A stretch of DNA of 64,000 nucleotides from a virus (IMGVR_UViG_3300032167_007466:32001-96000); one strand, 5' to 3'; counted from the stretch's first letter, positions 38,330-49,439 are shown. Translations and numbers: made by a program. The notes: a model not told the origin generated them from the letters alone.

Positions 38330-39418
38330 ATGAAAGGATGTGAGCGTTTGGCTCAAGGTGCAAAAACTAGAGAAGAAATAATTCGTGAGTCGATTGACTC
38401 ACCCAAAACAATTGATACAAGTATTGATTTTAAAATACATAGGTCTCCTAAGCAGTACAATCCAAAAGAGCACGAGTTTAAATGTTCTTGTTGTGGAGCA
38501 GGGTTTAATTCACAAAAAATCAATTTTCAAAAAACAAATAGTCCCCTATTTCAGTCTAATGACGGATACTTGCCTTGGTGTAAGAGTTGTACAGATAAAT
38601 ATATGATACTTCTTACGGCTTTTTATTCTGGAAACGAAGAACACGCAATAGAGCATTTTTGTCAGCAGGTGGATTGGGTATTTGATGTTGAACCTCTTAA
38701 ATGCGCAAGAGAAATTTCATCGGATCGCTCACGCATTAGTCATTATGCCGCTAAAAAGAATTTGAATGTCGGGGGTAGAAAAACATTCTTTGATAGTCTT
38801 AAATACAATTTCTTGAACAAGAAAGCCGAGGTAATTGAAACTCTCGAAGATGTTAAAGATTCTAAAAAGGCTAAGTTAAAAACAGTTAAATTCTTTGGTA
38901 CTGGCTTTGAAGATGACGACTATGTATTCTTAGAAGATGAATATCTCGACTGGACAACTCGACACGAGTGCAACACTAAAGCTCAAGAAGAAGTGTTTAA
39001 ACAGATATGTTATGCTCAGTTAGATATATTGAAAGCAAAACGTGCTGGATTACCTACTAAGGATTTAACAAGGACGCTACAAGATTTGTTGGCAACTGCT
39101 AATTTACAGCCAAAACAAACAAAAGATAATACATTGGCAGAACAAAATACATTTGGCACTTTGATTAGAAAATGGGAAAATGAAAAACCCATTCCTGAGC
39201 CTGACGAAGAATGGAAAGATGTAGATGGTATTGTCAGATATATAACCGTCTATTTCTTAGGACATTTATGTAAAATGATGGGCATAAAGAATTCATATTC
39301 TCGTATGTATGAGGCTGAAATGGCTAAATATAAGGTTGAAAAACCAGAATATGAAGATGATGATGAGGCACTATTTGATGCTGTTTTTGGTGGTGAATTA
39401 GATGATTCAAACCAGTAA
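38330..39418 (+). CDS. Putative terminase small subunit (SPbeta YonG-like)
   Basis: CSCCG..WCKSC zinc finger, TFGTLIRKWENEKPIPE; directly precedes terL. Confidence 0.65.
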   Translation: MKGCERLAQGAKTREEIIRESIDSPKTIDTSIDFKIHRSPKQYNPKEHEFKCSCCGAGFNSQKINFQKTNSPLFQSNDGYLPWCKSCTDKYMILLTAFYSGNEEHAIEHFCQQVDWVFDVEPLKCAREISSDRSRISHYAAKKNLNVGGRKTFFDSLKYNFLNKKAEVIETLEDVKDSKKAKLKTVKFFGTGFEDDDYVFLEDEYLDWTTRHECNTKAQEEVFKQICYAQLDILKAKRAGLPTKDLTRTLQDLLATANLQPKQTKDNTLAEQNTFGTLIRKWENEKPIPEPDEEWKDVDGIVRYITVYFLGHLCKMMGIKNSYSRMYEAEMAKYKVEKPEYEDDDEALFDAVFGGELDDSNQ

Positions 39419-39620
39419 AAAAACAGACAAAGAAGTTGCCAATGACAAGTCTGCCAAAATAATGAATGGCGTTGCTACTTGGTGTAGTTTTTATAGAGCA
39501 AATCCACATCGATTTGCAAGAGATTATTTGGGAGTAACCTTAAAATTCTTTCAAATAATTCTTCTTTATATGATGAACATAAGCAACTACTTTATGTATC
39601 TTGCTGCACGTGGACAGGGT
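39402..39620 (+). CDS. terL: Terminase large subunit, exon 1
   Basis: YRANPHRFARDYLG..FQ..AARGQG, the first half of Walker A. Confidence 0.88.
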
Positions 39621-40645
39621 TAACAAAAAAAAACATCACGTGTGAAAAGGAGAAATAAACAATGAGTAAATATTTTTACAATAAGAGTTATTTCAAAAAA
39701 ATTACAACCGAAAAACAAGCATATTGGCTGGGATTTTTATATGCAGATGGTTGTATAACAAGATTTTACAGGAACGAAAAATTAAAATCTATGTCATTGG
39801 AATTAGTATTGCAGTCGGAAGACAAAGAACATTTAGAAAATTTCAAGTACGATTTAGAAACAAACATTCCCATAGTACATAAAATCATTTCTAATAAGTA
39901 TCATGCAGACAAAATAGTTTTAAACTGTACGTCTCTTTGTAGGGATCTAATTAATTTAGGTTGCACGCCACAAAAAAGTCTAACATTAGAATTTCCAACA
40001 GAAGAAATTGTCCCAAAGCATTTATTGAGACATTTTATAAGAGGATATTTTGATGGCGATGGTGGTGTTTCATATACAGAGGGAGAGTATTATCATTCTC
40101 AAAAAGATAAGTATTATAAACAACATCATTATAGATGTTATTTTTGTGGTAATACGATGTTTTTAAAACAATTACGAGATGTGTTATTATCAGAGGGGAT
40201 TGTTGTTTCTGAATTAAAGAAAGACAATCGCAGTAACGCAGTTAATATTTATATTTATGGTGCTGAGAATATAGAGAGATTTAAACGGTATTTATATTCG
40301 GACAGCCATAGGAATTTATCGCGAAAATACAATAAGTTCTTTTTTATTGAAACTGATAACGAATTACATATAAACAGATAACCACTTTAGCCCTGTCTAA
40401 ATCGGAGAAAATCGGTGAAAGCTAAGTTGAAATATATGCTAATACCGAGGTAATTTTACAGATTGCGAAAGGCTGTAAAACACCGTAGAGAGTAGGAATT
40501 GAATAAATAAAATATTCCCAAGAGTCTCCGACCATATGAATAATATGGATAATGTACTCCAAACTGGGTTGGAATTGACCAACCGATGAAAATGAAGGAA
40601 ACTTCCAGAGCCACGAATAAAGAGTCGTGGGTTAATAACAATTTG
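39621..40645 (+). ncRNA. Group I intron in terL
   Basis: 5' splice after U, terminal G; P1 GACAGGGT/TAA pairs with TTAGCCCTGTC (40387-40397) with U-G wobble; P3 TCGGAGA/TCTCCGA; P7 GAGTA/TACTC; splicing restores AARGQGKT. Confidence 0.92.
39662..40381 (+). CDS. Intron-encoded LAGLIDADG homing endonuclease
   Basis: YWLGFLYADG and FIRGYFDGDG motifs. Confidence 0.92.
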   Translation: MSKYFYNKSYFKKITTEKQAYWLGFLYADGCITRFYRNEKLKSMSLELVLQSEDKEHLENFKYDLETNIPIVHKIISNKYHADKIVLNCTSLCRDLINLGCTPQKSLTLEFPTEEIVPKHLLRHFIRGYFDGDGGVSYTEGEYYHSQKDKYYKQHHYRCYFCGNTMFLKQLRDVLLSEGIVVSELKKDNRSNAVNIYIYGAENIERFKRYLYSDSHRNLSRKYNKFFFIETDNELHINR

Positions 40646-42187
40646 AAAACGTGGTTAACTGCACTATTTTGTGTTATTAGGTGTATTTTATATCCCGGCA
40701 CGAAGATATGTGTTGCATCTAAAAACAGAAATCAGGCAAACGAGGTTCTTGAAAAAATAACTACAGACTTTATGGATAAGTCCGATAATCTTAAAATGGA
40801 AGTTGAAGATTATTCGGTAGGTCAAAACAAGGCTTATATTAATTTTAAAAATGGTTCTTGGATAAAAGTTGTAACAGCTTCAGATTCAGGACGCTCTGCA
40901 AGAGCAAATATTTTGATCACTGATGAATTTAGAATGGTTGATTTAAATGTCATCAACACTGTTCTTAGAAAGTTTTTGACAGCACCAAGAACACCTAAAT
41001 TTTTAAACAAAAAAGAATATAGACACATGGCTGAACGCAACAAGGAGATATATATGTCGAGCTGTTGGTTTAAGTCTCATTGGTCTTTTGAAAAAGCAAA
41101 AGCATATTGTGCAAACCTTGTTAATGATACAAAGAAATACTTTATATGCGGTCTTCCATATCAAGTATCCATTAAAGAAGGTTTATTGTCTCGTGAACAG
41201 GTTGAAGATGAAATGTCAGAAGCAGACTTTTCGGAAATGGCTTGGGATATGGAAATGGGATGTTTGTGGTATGGAGATAAAGACGGAAGCCTTTTCTCTT
41301 ACGAAGATACTTCAAAGAATCGTATCTTAAAAAGATGTGTGTATCCTACCACTATTTCAAGAATGCTTGCAGACAAATCAGTTAAGATACCAGATTTAAA
41401 ACCAAATGAGCAAAGAATTATATCTACTGACGTTGCGTTGCTGGCATCAAAGAAACAAAACAACGACGCCGCTTCGATATTTATCAACAGTGCAATACCG
41501 ACAAACAATCAAAAGTATGTTGGTAATATGATATACACCGAGAACCACGAGGGCTTGAATACTGACGAATTAGCACTAATTATTCGTAGATATTATGAGA
41601 TGTATAAGTGTACATATATCGCTCTTGACGTAAAAGGTATCGGTCTGGGCGTTTACGATTGTTTGATAAAAGATATGTACGACCCATTAACAGGTGAAAC
41701 TTATGGGGCACTGAGTTGTTGTAACGATAAAGTATATGCCGATAGATGTAAGGTTCCGAATGCACCAAAAGTTATTTGGGCAATTCAGGCAACAGCACAG
41801 TTTAATAATGATATGTACTTGTCATTAAGAGAAGGATTACGACAGCACAAAATAAACTTATTGATAAACGAATTCGAGGCAGAAGAAATATTGAGAGATA
41901 TAAGAGGCTACAACTCTTTAGAATTGAGTAACAAAACTTTATTGCAAATGCCTTATATTCACACTACCCTTTTGGTTAACGAATTGATTAACCTTGAATA
42001 TGAAACTAAGGGTGTAAATATTAAAGTATATGAAAAGACCGGAATGCGTAAAGACCGTGTAAGTAGTGTTGGGTATAATTATTGGGTTCAGTGTCAACTT
42101 GAAACCAAGCTTAAAAAGCCCAATGAAAAGAATTTCGACCCATCGAAATTTATAATGTCTAAGCAACCATCTTTGAGAAAATTATAA
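40646..42187 (+). CDS. terL: Terminase large subunit, exon 2
   Basis: KTWLTA, Walker B ILITDEF, nuclease STDVA..ND, KDRVSS. Confidence 0.9.
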   Translation, partial: KTWLTALFCVIRCILYPGTKICVASKNRNQANEVLEKITTDFMDKSDNLKMEVEDYSVGQNKAYINFKNGSWIKVVTASDSGRSARANILITDEFRMVDLNVINTVLRKFLTAPRTPKFLNKKEYRHMAERNKEIYMSSCWFKSHWSFEKAKAYCANLVNDTKKYFICGLPYQVSIKEGLLSREQVEDEMSEADFSEMAWDMEMGCLWYGDKDGSLFSYEDTSKNRILKRCVYPTTISRMLADKSVKIPDLKPNEQRIISTDVALLASKKQNNDAASIFINSAIPTNNQKYVGNMIYTENHEGLNTDELALIIRRYYEMYKCTYIALDVKGIGLGVYDCLIKDMYDPLTGETYGALSCCNDKVYADRCKVPNAPKVIWAIQATAQFNNDMYLSLREGLRQHKINLLINEFEAEEILRDIRGYNSLELSNKTLLQMPYIHTTLLVNELINLEYETKGVNIKVYEKTGMRKDRVSSVGYNYWVQCQLETKLKKPNEKNFDPSKFIMSKQPSLRKL

Positions 42188-42203
42188 GGAAGGAGGAAAA
42201 CAA

Positions 42204-43718
42204 ATGGAAGTAAAAGATTTTACCAAAGAAGAACAAGCAAAACTAATGCAGAAATATGCTCAACTCTCTTTTGCTAATTTGAAGAAAAACATCATTCAAG
42301 ACTTAATCAACAGTCGAAATGAAAGTGTAATTTATAAGAGATATAGCAAAGAGCAAATAGCAAAAATGTTAGAAAATCCACAGAAGCACGAAAAAGAACT
42401 TCGTGAACTTAGTGGATTTCTTTATTTGGTTTCTGGTCACTATAGACGCCTTATAGATTTCCAAGCAACCATCCTTCTTTATAATTATACGGTAACACCT
42501 ACAAAAATACCTTTGGACAAACCAAAGAAAATAGAATACAAAAAATCATATTATTATGTTGTAAATCAGTGTGAGAAATACAATCTTCGCCACGAAGGAA
42601 TAAAGGCGATGAAGATTGCAGCGCGTGACGGCGTTTATTATGGTCTATGTTATGAGTCTGAAGACTCTTTCTATATAAAGCCATTTGATAACAGATATGC
42701 AAAAATATCTTCTATTGAAGATGGAGTGTTTAGATTTTCAATAGATATGGCTTATTTTTCAAGTAAAGAATATTTGCTTGATATATATGGGAACGATGTT
42801 AAAAAGGCATATGAGTTATGGAAGGGCAATCCCGAAAAAGGAATTGAGGGAGATAAAAACAAGAAATGGTACGAACCAGAAAGTGGAATTTGTATAAAAG
42901 CGGACGAGTCCGACCCCACTTGCTCTCTTCCTATGTTTACTGGATTGCTTTTAGATATTCTTTCAATAGATGACTATAAATTGTTAAATAAGGCGAAAGC
43001 AGAAAATGATAATTACAAAGTATTGGCAGCAAAAATGGAAACGGATGATGATGGTGTTCCAAAAATGGATTATGAGACGGCTCAAAAGTATTATGGACAA
43101 ATGAGTCAAAATCTTCCTGAAGGAATTGGACTCCTCCTCTCTCCTTTTGACGTTGATGAATTTTCATTTCAAACATCAACGGCGTCCGACAGGAACAATG
43201 TTGAAGAAGCAATTAATAACTTCTGGCGTGGTGCGGGCACGACATCAGCATTGTTTGGTGGTGGCGATATATCAGCTTCTGGGTCTATGATGTTGTCCGT
43301 AAAACCCGACGAGGCAATTGCATTTGCGATACTTCAGCAGTTTGAGAGATTCTTTAATATGAAGATTAAAAAGTTTAATTTGCCTTATGACTTTAAATTA
43401 AAGTTTTCTCGGCTATCCATTTTTAACCAAGACGAACACGCAAACAGATTATCAAAGGCAGCCACATACGGACTCCCTGTTAAGTTGGAATATGCTTCCG
43501 CACTCGGTATGTCTCCAAGTGATATTTTGGGCATGACTTATCTCGAAGAAGAGTTGCTTGGCTTGTCAAAGAAATGTTGGCTTACTCCACTTGTTTCTTC
43601 TAATACACAAAGTTCTGTTGATAATCAAGGCGGACGACCTACAGCAGAAGAGAAGGGCGAAACTCTTGGTGATGCAGGAGAACAGACAAGAAACATTGAT
43701 GCAAACGATAATCGTTAG
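42204..43718 (+). CDS. Portal protein
   Basis: 504 aa directly after terL, C-terminal GGRP; SPbeta YonE-like position. Confidence 0.75.
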   Translation: MEVKDFTKEEQAKLMQKYAQLSFANLKKNIIQDLINSRNESVIYKRYSKEQIAKMLENPQKHEKELRELSGFLYLVSGHYRRLIDFQATILLYNYTVTPTKIPLDKPKKIEYKKSYYYVVNQCEKYNLRHEGIKAMKIAARDGVYYGLCYESEDSFYIKPFDNRYAKISSIEDGVFRFSIDMAYFSSKEYLLDIYGNDVKKAYELWKGNPEKGIEGDKNKKWYEPESGICIKADESDPTCSLPMFTGLLLDILSIDDYKLLNKAKAENDNYKVLAAKMETDDDGVPKMDYETAQKYYGQMSQNLPEGIGLLLSPFDVDEFSFQTSTASDRNNVEEAINNFWRGAGTTSALFGGGDISASGSMMLSVKPDEAIAFAILQQFERFFNMKIKKFNLPYDFKLKFSRLSIFNQDEHANRLSKAATYGLPVKLEYASALGMSPSDILGMTYLEEELLGLSKKCWLTPLVSSNTQSSVDNQGGRPTAEEKGETLGDAGEQTRNIDANDNR

Positions 43719-43731
43719 GTGGTGTGAATAA

Positions 43732-43926
43732 ATGGAGAAAAATTTAATAAAGGTATTCGATTCTAAAAAAGCAGAAGAACTTGCTAATTTAGGATTTAGA
43801 TATACATTAGACAGCATAAATGGTCAGTCCATTTATGCTTTTTTTGTTTCTGAGGAACTGTTGAAATACATCAATAGCAACTTTGATTCAAAAGACTTCT
43901 TTTTAGACAACATGCTCCACTTTTAG
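43732..43926 (+). CDS. Small hypothetical protein
   Basis: 64 aa in the head operon. Confidence 0.65.
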   Translation: MEKNLIKVFDSKKAEELANLGFRYTLDSINGQSIYAFFVSEELLKYINSNFDSKDFFLDNMLHF

Positions 43927-43947
43927 CATGAGAAAGGAGGAACTGAA

Positions 43948-45471
43948 ATGGATTTAGAAAAAGTATCGCTATTGTCAAATTTAAAGTTTTCTTCGTTTGA
44001 AAAAATTAATGAGAACTTTTTGAAAGCAAAATGTTATGTAATGGCATTAGGTAAGAATGTAAATAGGTCATATTTTGATAAAGAAAATGTAGATAAGGCA
44101 TTTCATACTCTTGCGTATGTACCGGTAATCGGTCACTTAATGGTTGATGATAATGGTGTTTATCATCTCGGCGGGCACGACTACAAGATTGATTTGAATG
44201 ATTTTAAACTAAAAAGTCAGTGTGTGCCATTCGGCGTGGCTCTTCCTGCTGAATCTCCTGTATACGAAGAAGTTAAAAATGACGATGGGACAACCTCTAC
44301 ATATTTAACTTGCGAGGTAATTCTTTGGATAGGCAGATATCCTGAATTAGCAGATGCATTCTATGACGAAAACATATTCACTGGTCAAAGTATGGAAATA
44401 TTCTATTCAAAGTATGAACCTTTGAAAGATGACCCATCTTACACCAACATTATCGACTTTTCTTTTGATGCGTTGTGTATGCTCCAAAAGTCTGATGACG
44501 ATAAGTTTAATGTCGACCCTTGTTTTCCGAAAGCATCTATTGTACCAATTACATATAGCATTGATAAACAAGAATTCTCATCCCTAATGAATGAGTTAAA
44601 AGAAGAATTGAATGGATTCTTTAATAAAAACAATAGTGAAAAAGGAGGTAGCACTTTGGATAAGAAACTTGAAATCCTCCAGAAGTTCAGCAAGACCATT
44701 GAAGATTTAGATTTTTCTATTGAAGATATGTCTGAAGAAGAATTGAGTGCAAAAATGGAAGAACTTTACGGAGAACAGAAAACAGAGCCTATCGCATTTT
44801 CTGCTACATACAGACAGAAACGTGATGCTCTAAACAATGCGTTAGACCCGATTATCGTAAAAGATGATGAGGGTAACTATCTTGAAGAAACATACTTCTG
44901 GGTAGAAGATTTTGACGATGAGTATGTTTATGTTGAAAAGAGTTATTGGGCTCCTGACAATTACGAATGTACTTATGGCAGATTTACTTATACTTTCGAT
45001 GAAGCAACTCTTACCGCTACAATCACAAGCGAGTTCGAAGAAATGGTTAAGATGTGGCTTACATTGGAAGAAAAAGAGAAAATCGAAAAAGAAAGACTTG
45101 AATACGAAACTAAATATTCAACACTTGAACAGGAGTTCTCTGACTACAAAGCAGAGCACTCTTTTTTAGATTCTGACTTTAATGCTCTTAAGGAGTATAA
45201 AGAAGGAAAAGAGGTTGAAGAACGCAAGAACGCAGAAGATACATTATTCGCTGATTACGAAGAAAAGATTGGCAAAACCGAAGAATTTAAAACACTTAAA
45301 TCTCAGTCTGCTAACTATTCGCTTGATGAGCTGAAGAAAGAGTGTCTGTGCATTGTTGGCATGTATTCAATGAATTCATCTAAGGATTCTCTTAAGTTTT
45401 CTATTGAGAAACCCGAAATAAATGATGATGTGCCTTATGGCGGAATTATTGAAAAATATTTAAACAAGTAA
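43948..45471 (+). CDS. Prohead protease/scaffold protein
   Basis: GKNVNRS..QSMEI..ALCML..PCF plus acidic coiled-coil C-terminus. Confidence 0.65.
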   Translation: MDLEKVSLLSNLKFSSFEKINENFLKAKCYVMALGKNVNRSYFDKENVDKAFHTLAYVPVIGHLMVDDNGVYHLGGHDYKIDLNDFKLKSQCVPFGVALPAESPVYEEVKNDDGTTSTYLTCEVILWIGRYPELADAFYDENIFTGQSMEIFYSKYEPLKDDPSYTNIIDFSFDALCMLQKSDDDKFNVDPCFPKASIVPITYSIDKQEFSSLMNELKEELNGFFNKNNSEKGGSTLDKKLEILQKFSKTIEDLDFSIEDMSEEELSAKMEELYGEQKTEPIAFSATYRQKRDALNNALDPIIVKDDEGNYLEETYFWVEDFDDEYVYVEKSYWAPDNYECTYGRFTYTFDEATLTATITSEFEEMVKMWLTLEEKEKIEKERLEYETKYSTLEQEFSDYKAEHSFLDSDFNALKEYKEGKEVEERKNAEDTLFADYEEKIGKTEEFKTLKSQSANYSLDELKKECLCIVGMYSMNSSKDSLKFSIEKPEINDDVPYGGIIEKYLNK

Positions 45472-45492
45472 AGAAAGTGAGGAATTTGAATT

Positions 45493-45927
45493 ATGGCAAA
45501 AGTTGTTAGATTAGACAATATGGCAGCAACAAAAGTACCTTCTCTTATTAAGAGTGCAAAGTATTTTGTAGACGAAACTGCTACTGCAATTGAAAATGGT
45601 GAACTCGTAACTGTAGGTGCGTTTGTGGACGGTGAAAGAGAAGTTCATAAAGCTACAGCTCCTGCAACAGGCGATGTAAATGTAGGTATCGTTTGCACAC
45701 CTGAACTTATTTACGACCAGTGTGGTGTTGGCGACACAGATTTGGCTAACTTCACAAATAAAGCTGGCGAAATCATCCGTGTAATGCTTCTTCAGGCAGG
45801 AGATATCTTCTCTATTGCTGGTGAAAATGCTGGCGCAGATAAGACTGTTGGTGACGTTGTAGTTGCTAAGTTTATGGGCACTGAGACTGCTGGTAGATAT
45901 ACATACAACGTATACGAAGTACAGTAA
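45493..45927 (+). CDS. Capsid decoration/structural protein
   Basis: IENGELV; precedes the major capsid gene; high-expression codon usage. Confidence 0.6.
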   Translation: MAKVVRLDNMAATKVPSLIKSAKYFVDETATAIENGELVTVGAFVDGEREVHKATAPATGDVNVGIVCTPELIYDQCGVGDTDLANFTNKAGEIIRVMLLQAGDIFSIAGENAGADKTVGDVVVAKFMGTETAGRYTYNVYEVQ

Positions 45928-45961
45928 TTAAAAGTTTAAAAGAAAGTGAGGATTACATATT

Positions 45962-46957
45962 ATGGCAGATAAAAATCTTATTAAGATGGCTGTTGATTCT
46001 TACAAAGGTCATATAGCTGGTAACTATTCTGTAGATGACACCAACGAAACATTAAGACAGGCTCTTATTGAAGCAAATGGTGGTTCTACAAAGCTTGATT
46101 ATAGAGCAATTAGAGATGGCAAGTGCAGTGGTGTATTTGCTATCGTTGAGGAAATTATCAACAAGACTGTTATCGAAGGACTTCCTGAGTCTTGTCCTCT
46201 CTTCAACTATGTTGATTACAGAAACGTAGCAGAAGGCGATTCTAACGTATTTGAACTTACAGACGAAGGTCTTTTCATCGTTGCTGACATTGCTGAAGGC
46301 ACACAGGGTCTTCGCAGACAGAGAATGGCTGGTGGCGAAGAAGTTGTTGTTAAGACACAGATTAAGGGCATTAAGATTTACGAAGAACTTCGTAGAGTTC
46401 TTGCTGGTCGTGTTGACTTCAACAAGCTTATCGACAAAGTTGCTGAGTCTTTCCAGAAGAAAATCACTGAGGAAATGTATGGTGCTGTAGTTGCAACATT
46501 TGATGGTCTTGTTGCTCCTTATACAGCAAACGGTACATTTGACGAAGCTAAACTTGCAGAAGTAATTGACCACGTAGAAGCTGCTACAGGTAAGAAAGCA
46601 GCAATCATCGGTTCTAAACAGGCTGTAAGAAAGATTACAGGCGTTAAGGGCGCTGATGCAGATTCTGCAAAAGAAGACCTTTATGCTATGGGTTACTATG
46701 GTCATTTCTATACAACTCCTATCGTTGTAATGCAGAATGGTCATAAGATCGGTGGCACAGACTTTATCCTTGGTAACGACCTTTACATCGTTGCTGGTGA
46801 TGAAAAGTTTATCAAGTTTGTAACTGAAGGCGATACTCTTATCGTTCCCGGAGATATGCTTGGTAACGCAGACCTTTCTCAGGAGTATTTCATGGCTCAG
46901 AGATATGGCGTTAAGGCTGTATTGTCAACTGCATTTGGCGTGTACAAGCTTGCGTAA
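45962..46957 (+). CDS. Major capsid protein
   Basis: 331 aa, position, strong codon bias, followed by a terminator at 46977-47001. Confidence 0.8.
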   Translation: MADKNLIKMAVDSYKGHIAGNYSVDDTNETLRQALIEANGGSTKLDYRAIRDGKCSGVFAIVEEIINKTVIEGLPESCPLFNYVDYRNVAEGDSNVFELTDEGLFIVADIAEGTQGLRRQRMAGGEEVVVKTQIKGIKIYEELRRVLAGRVDFNKLIDKVAESFQKKITEEMYGAVVATFDGLVAPYTANGTFDEAKLAEVIDHVEAATGKKAAIIGSKQAVRKITGVKGADADSAKEDLYAMGYYGHFYTTPIVVMQNGHKIGGTDFILGNDLYIVAGDEKFIKFVTEGDTLIVPGDMLGNADLSQEYFMAQRYGVKAVLSTAFGVYKLA

Positions 46958-46999
46958 GGTAAACAACTATAATTTGAGGGCGGATTTATACCGCCCTCT

Positions 47000-47647
47000 T
47001 TGAATAAAAGGAGATGGAATATAATGGCAAATTTAACAAAAGAACAGAGAGCCGAAAAAGAGGCTATGGAAAGAGCTGAATTAGAAGCGAAAATCAAAGC
47101 AGAACTTGAGGCGGAAATTCGTGCCGAATACGAAGAAAAGTACAAAGATAACAATACTGAAAAGCCTGTAAAAAAAGCTTCAAAAAAGGTTTCTAAAATC
47201 CCCCTCGATATTGAAGTTCCAGTAACTTGTAATGTCGTTGGAGGTGCTACTTATATTGCCAGAAATGGCGATGCTGTAGATTGGGACGAATTTGGTGCTT
47301 GTGAGTATATGACACTTGGCGAAATTGTTTCTATGAAGAATTCTCAAAGACGTTTCTTTACAGATAATTGGATTATCTTAGAAGATACAGAAGATTATTC
47401 TGCAATTGAGTTATATGAGTTTTTAAAGGTTACAAAGTTTTATGAACATATTTTGACGCCTGATACCATTGACTCAATTTTCGACATGGACGATTCTACA
47501 CTTATTCGCACTCTTTCTAATCTATCTGCCGGAATGAAGGCTACTGTTGCCGCAAGAGCAAAGGTAAAAATTGATGCTAAAGAATGCACAGGAAAGACTA
47601 TTGATGCTCTTGAAACGGCGTTAAATGTGAAATTTAGCATCGACTAA
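47000..47647 (+). CDS. Head-associated hypothetical protein
   Basis: Position after capsid gene; likely start MANLT. Confidence 0.6.
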   Translation: MNKRRWNIMANLTKEQRAEKEAMERAELEAKIKAELEAEIRAEYEEKYKDNNTEKPVKKASKKVSKIPLDIEVPVTCNVVGGATYIARNGDAVDWDEFGACEYMTLGEIVSMKNSQRRFFTDNWIILEDTEDYSAIELYEFLKVTKFYEHILTPDTIDSIFDMDDSTLIRTLSNLSAGMKATVAARAKVKIDAKECTGKTIDALETALNVKFSID

Positions 47648-47655
47648 TTAAGGAG

Positions 47656-48105
47656 GTGCTAACCATGAATACAAGTTATGAAACTGTATTTAATGAATTC
47701 AAAGATAAAATAACTGACCCAGATTTGATTACATTTGCTGAAAGTTTGCAGACAGAAATGCTTGTTGCATATATGAATAAGGCAATTTCAAGATGTGGTC
47801 GTGTCACAAACAAGGTTGTAGATTTATCTCTTCGTGACGATGAACTCATGGAATTCTCGGTAGAGATACCTTATGAAGTAATGGATATTATCACCGAATG
47901 GATGACAGTGTTTTGGCTACAGCCTTACGTGAACAATCTTGAAAACCTTAGAAACAATCTTTCTACAAAAGACTTTTCAGTATTCTCCCCCGCCAATCTT
48001 CTTGAAAAGGTTGGTAATAGATATGACACTGCTCGAAAACAAGCAAGAAGTCTTACCAATGAATACTCCTATATCATTGCCGATATGAAGGAGTTGAAAT
48101 CATGA
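47656..48105 (+). CDS. Head-tail adaptor (putative)
   Basis: TSYETVF..F..KI..DFSVFSPAN; neck position. Confidence 0.55.
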   Translation: MLTMNTSYETVFNEFKDKITDPDLITFAESLQTEMLVAYMNKAISRCGRVTNKVVDLSLRDDELMEFSVEIPYEVMDIITEWMTVFWLQPYVNNLENLRNNLSTKDFSVFSPANLLEKVGNRYDTARKQARSLTNEYSYIIADMKELKS

Positions 48106-48440
48106 TAGAAGTGAAATACGGGGCGTTGCCAAGAGAGAATTTTTGTAAGTATTTTGAGTTTTTGATAAACAAGACGTACAAGATACTTCCTCTTAAAGAA
48201 GAAAAGTCAGACACTCTAAAATCGTATCTCGAAAGTTACCTTAGAGAACTTATCGGGAATAAAGATTTGGTGTCAATCTTGGTTAACGAGCCAAGATTTA
48301 TAACTGTGTTGAATACAATGCAGTTTCTTATTTCAGAAGAGTATTCTAATAAGGTTTGCAAACGAGAAGTATTTAAGTGCATTCGTATTCTCGAAGAGAT
48401 AAATGAAAAGTATTTTAAGGAGGTTGATTCTAATGGATAG
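48102..48440 (+). CDS. Hypothetical morphogenesis protein
   Basis: KILPLKEE..KREVFKCI. Confidence 0.6.
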   Translation: MIEVKYGALPRENFCKYFEFLINKTYKILPLKEEKSDTLKSYLESYLRELIGNKDLVSILVNEPRFITVLNTMQFLISEEYSNKVCKREVFKCIRILEEINEKYFKEVDSNG

Positions 48441-49428
48441 ATATACCGCAAGAATAAACCTGCATGGTACTACTCAACGAGAGCGAATGGTAAATCGCAC
48501 GAAAGCGAATTTGCAAAACAAAGTTGTTGATAGTCTGTCGTATAAAACGATTAAACTTAATGGCATAGAAACGCAGTTGGTTATCAACGAAGGCACACAG
48601 CCTTATTATAAAGAATTTGAAAGTATGCCGGGGCAAGAGATAAATATTGGCGACTACATTGAGTGGGCTAATTCTTGGTGGCTTGTTACTACTTGTGATT
48701 ACGACGACGAGTTGTATCGCAATGGTAAACTGCAACAGTGCAATTATCTTTTAAAGTGGCAGAATGAACTTGGTGAAATCATTGAGCGTCAGGCTGTTAT
48801 TTTAAGTGCAAGTAAGTACAATGACGGTCTTGCTGAGAGCAATGTAATTTCATTAGGCTCAGATAAACTTTCAATCAATATACCGTTGGATGCTGAAGCT
48901 CTTAAGCTCAAAAAATCAATGGCTAAAAAGTTCTTTATTGACAACAACAAAGAAGACCCGACAGCGTATTTATTGGCTAATACGGGCAATGTTGCTGATA
49001 CATATAACGGACACGGAATTACTCATTGGATTGTTGAGGAATGTGCCTATACGGCAAGTGAAGATGATTTGAAGTATGGAGTTTGCGACTACATCTCCCC
49101 TGCTACTCCGCTTGAAAATGACGATGAAACGACAATTCTATCCAATGCTATCACTGGAACTATATCTGGCAATAAAAACCTTAAAGTTGGTTCTAGTCGT
49201 ACTTATACAGCCAATTTGGTTGACGAGGACGGTAATGCAGTTGAATGGTCTGATGAATTTAAGTGGAACATTGTGGGCGACATTGAGGTAGGTTTGACTG
49301 AGAATGGCAATCAGGTTAAGTTGCTTGTTGAAGACGAAGATTTGATTGACGAGATGTTCAAACTCACACTTTGTCAGGGCGATAAAATACTTGACGAGAT
49401 TGTTATTACAATCGTAAGTCCGTTTTAG
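48433..49428 (+). CDS. Head closure/neck protein with Ig-like C-terminus (putative)
   Basis: GDYIEW..CNYLLKW; ATG after AAGGAGG. Confidence 0.55.
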   Translation: MDRYTARINLHGTTQRERMVNRTKANLQNKVVDSLSYKTIKLNGIETQLVINEGTQPYYKEFESMPGQEINIGDYIEWANSWWLVTTCDYDDELYRNGKLQQCNYLLKWQNELGEIIERQAVILSASKYNDGLAESNVISLGSDKLSINIPLDAEALKLKKSMAKKFFIDNNKEDPTAYLLANTGNVADTYNGHGITHWIVEECAYTASEDDLKYGVCDYISPATPLENDDETTILSNAITGTISGNKNLKVGSSRTYTANLVDEDGNAVEWSDEFKWNIVGDIEVGLTENGNQVKLLVEDEDLIDEMFKLTLCQGDKILDEIVITIVSPF

Positions 49429-49439
49429 GAGGTGGTCGT

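Noticed and set aside
40586-40645. ORF-track N-terminus MKMKETSR... of terL
   Set aside because: Intron sequence in frame with exon 2, not a real start
46052-46744. 230-aa antisense ORF over the capsid gene, and similar shadow ORFs elsewhere
   Set aside because: Expected shadow of strong codon bias; no RBS or motifs
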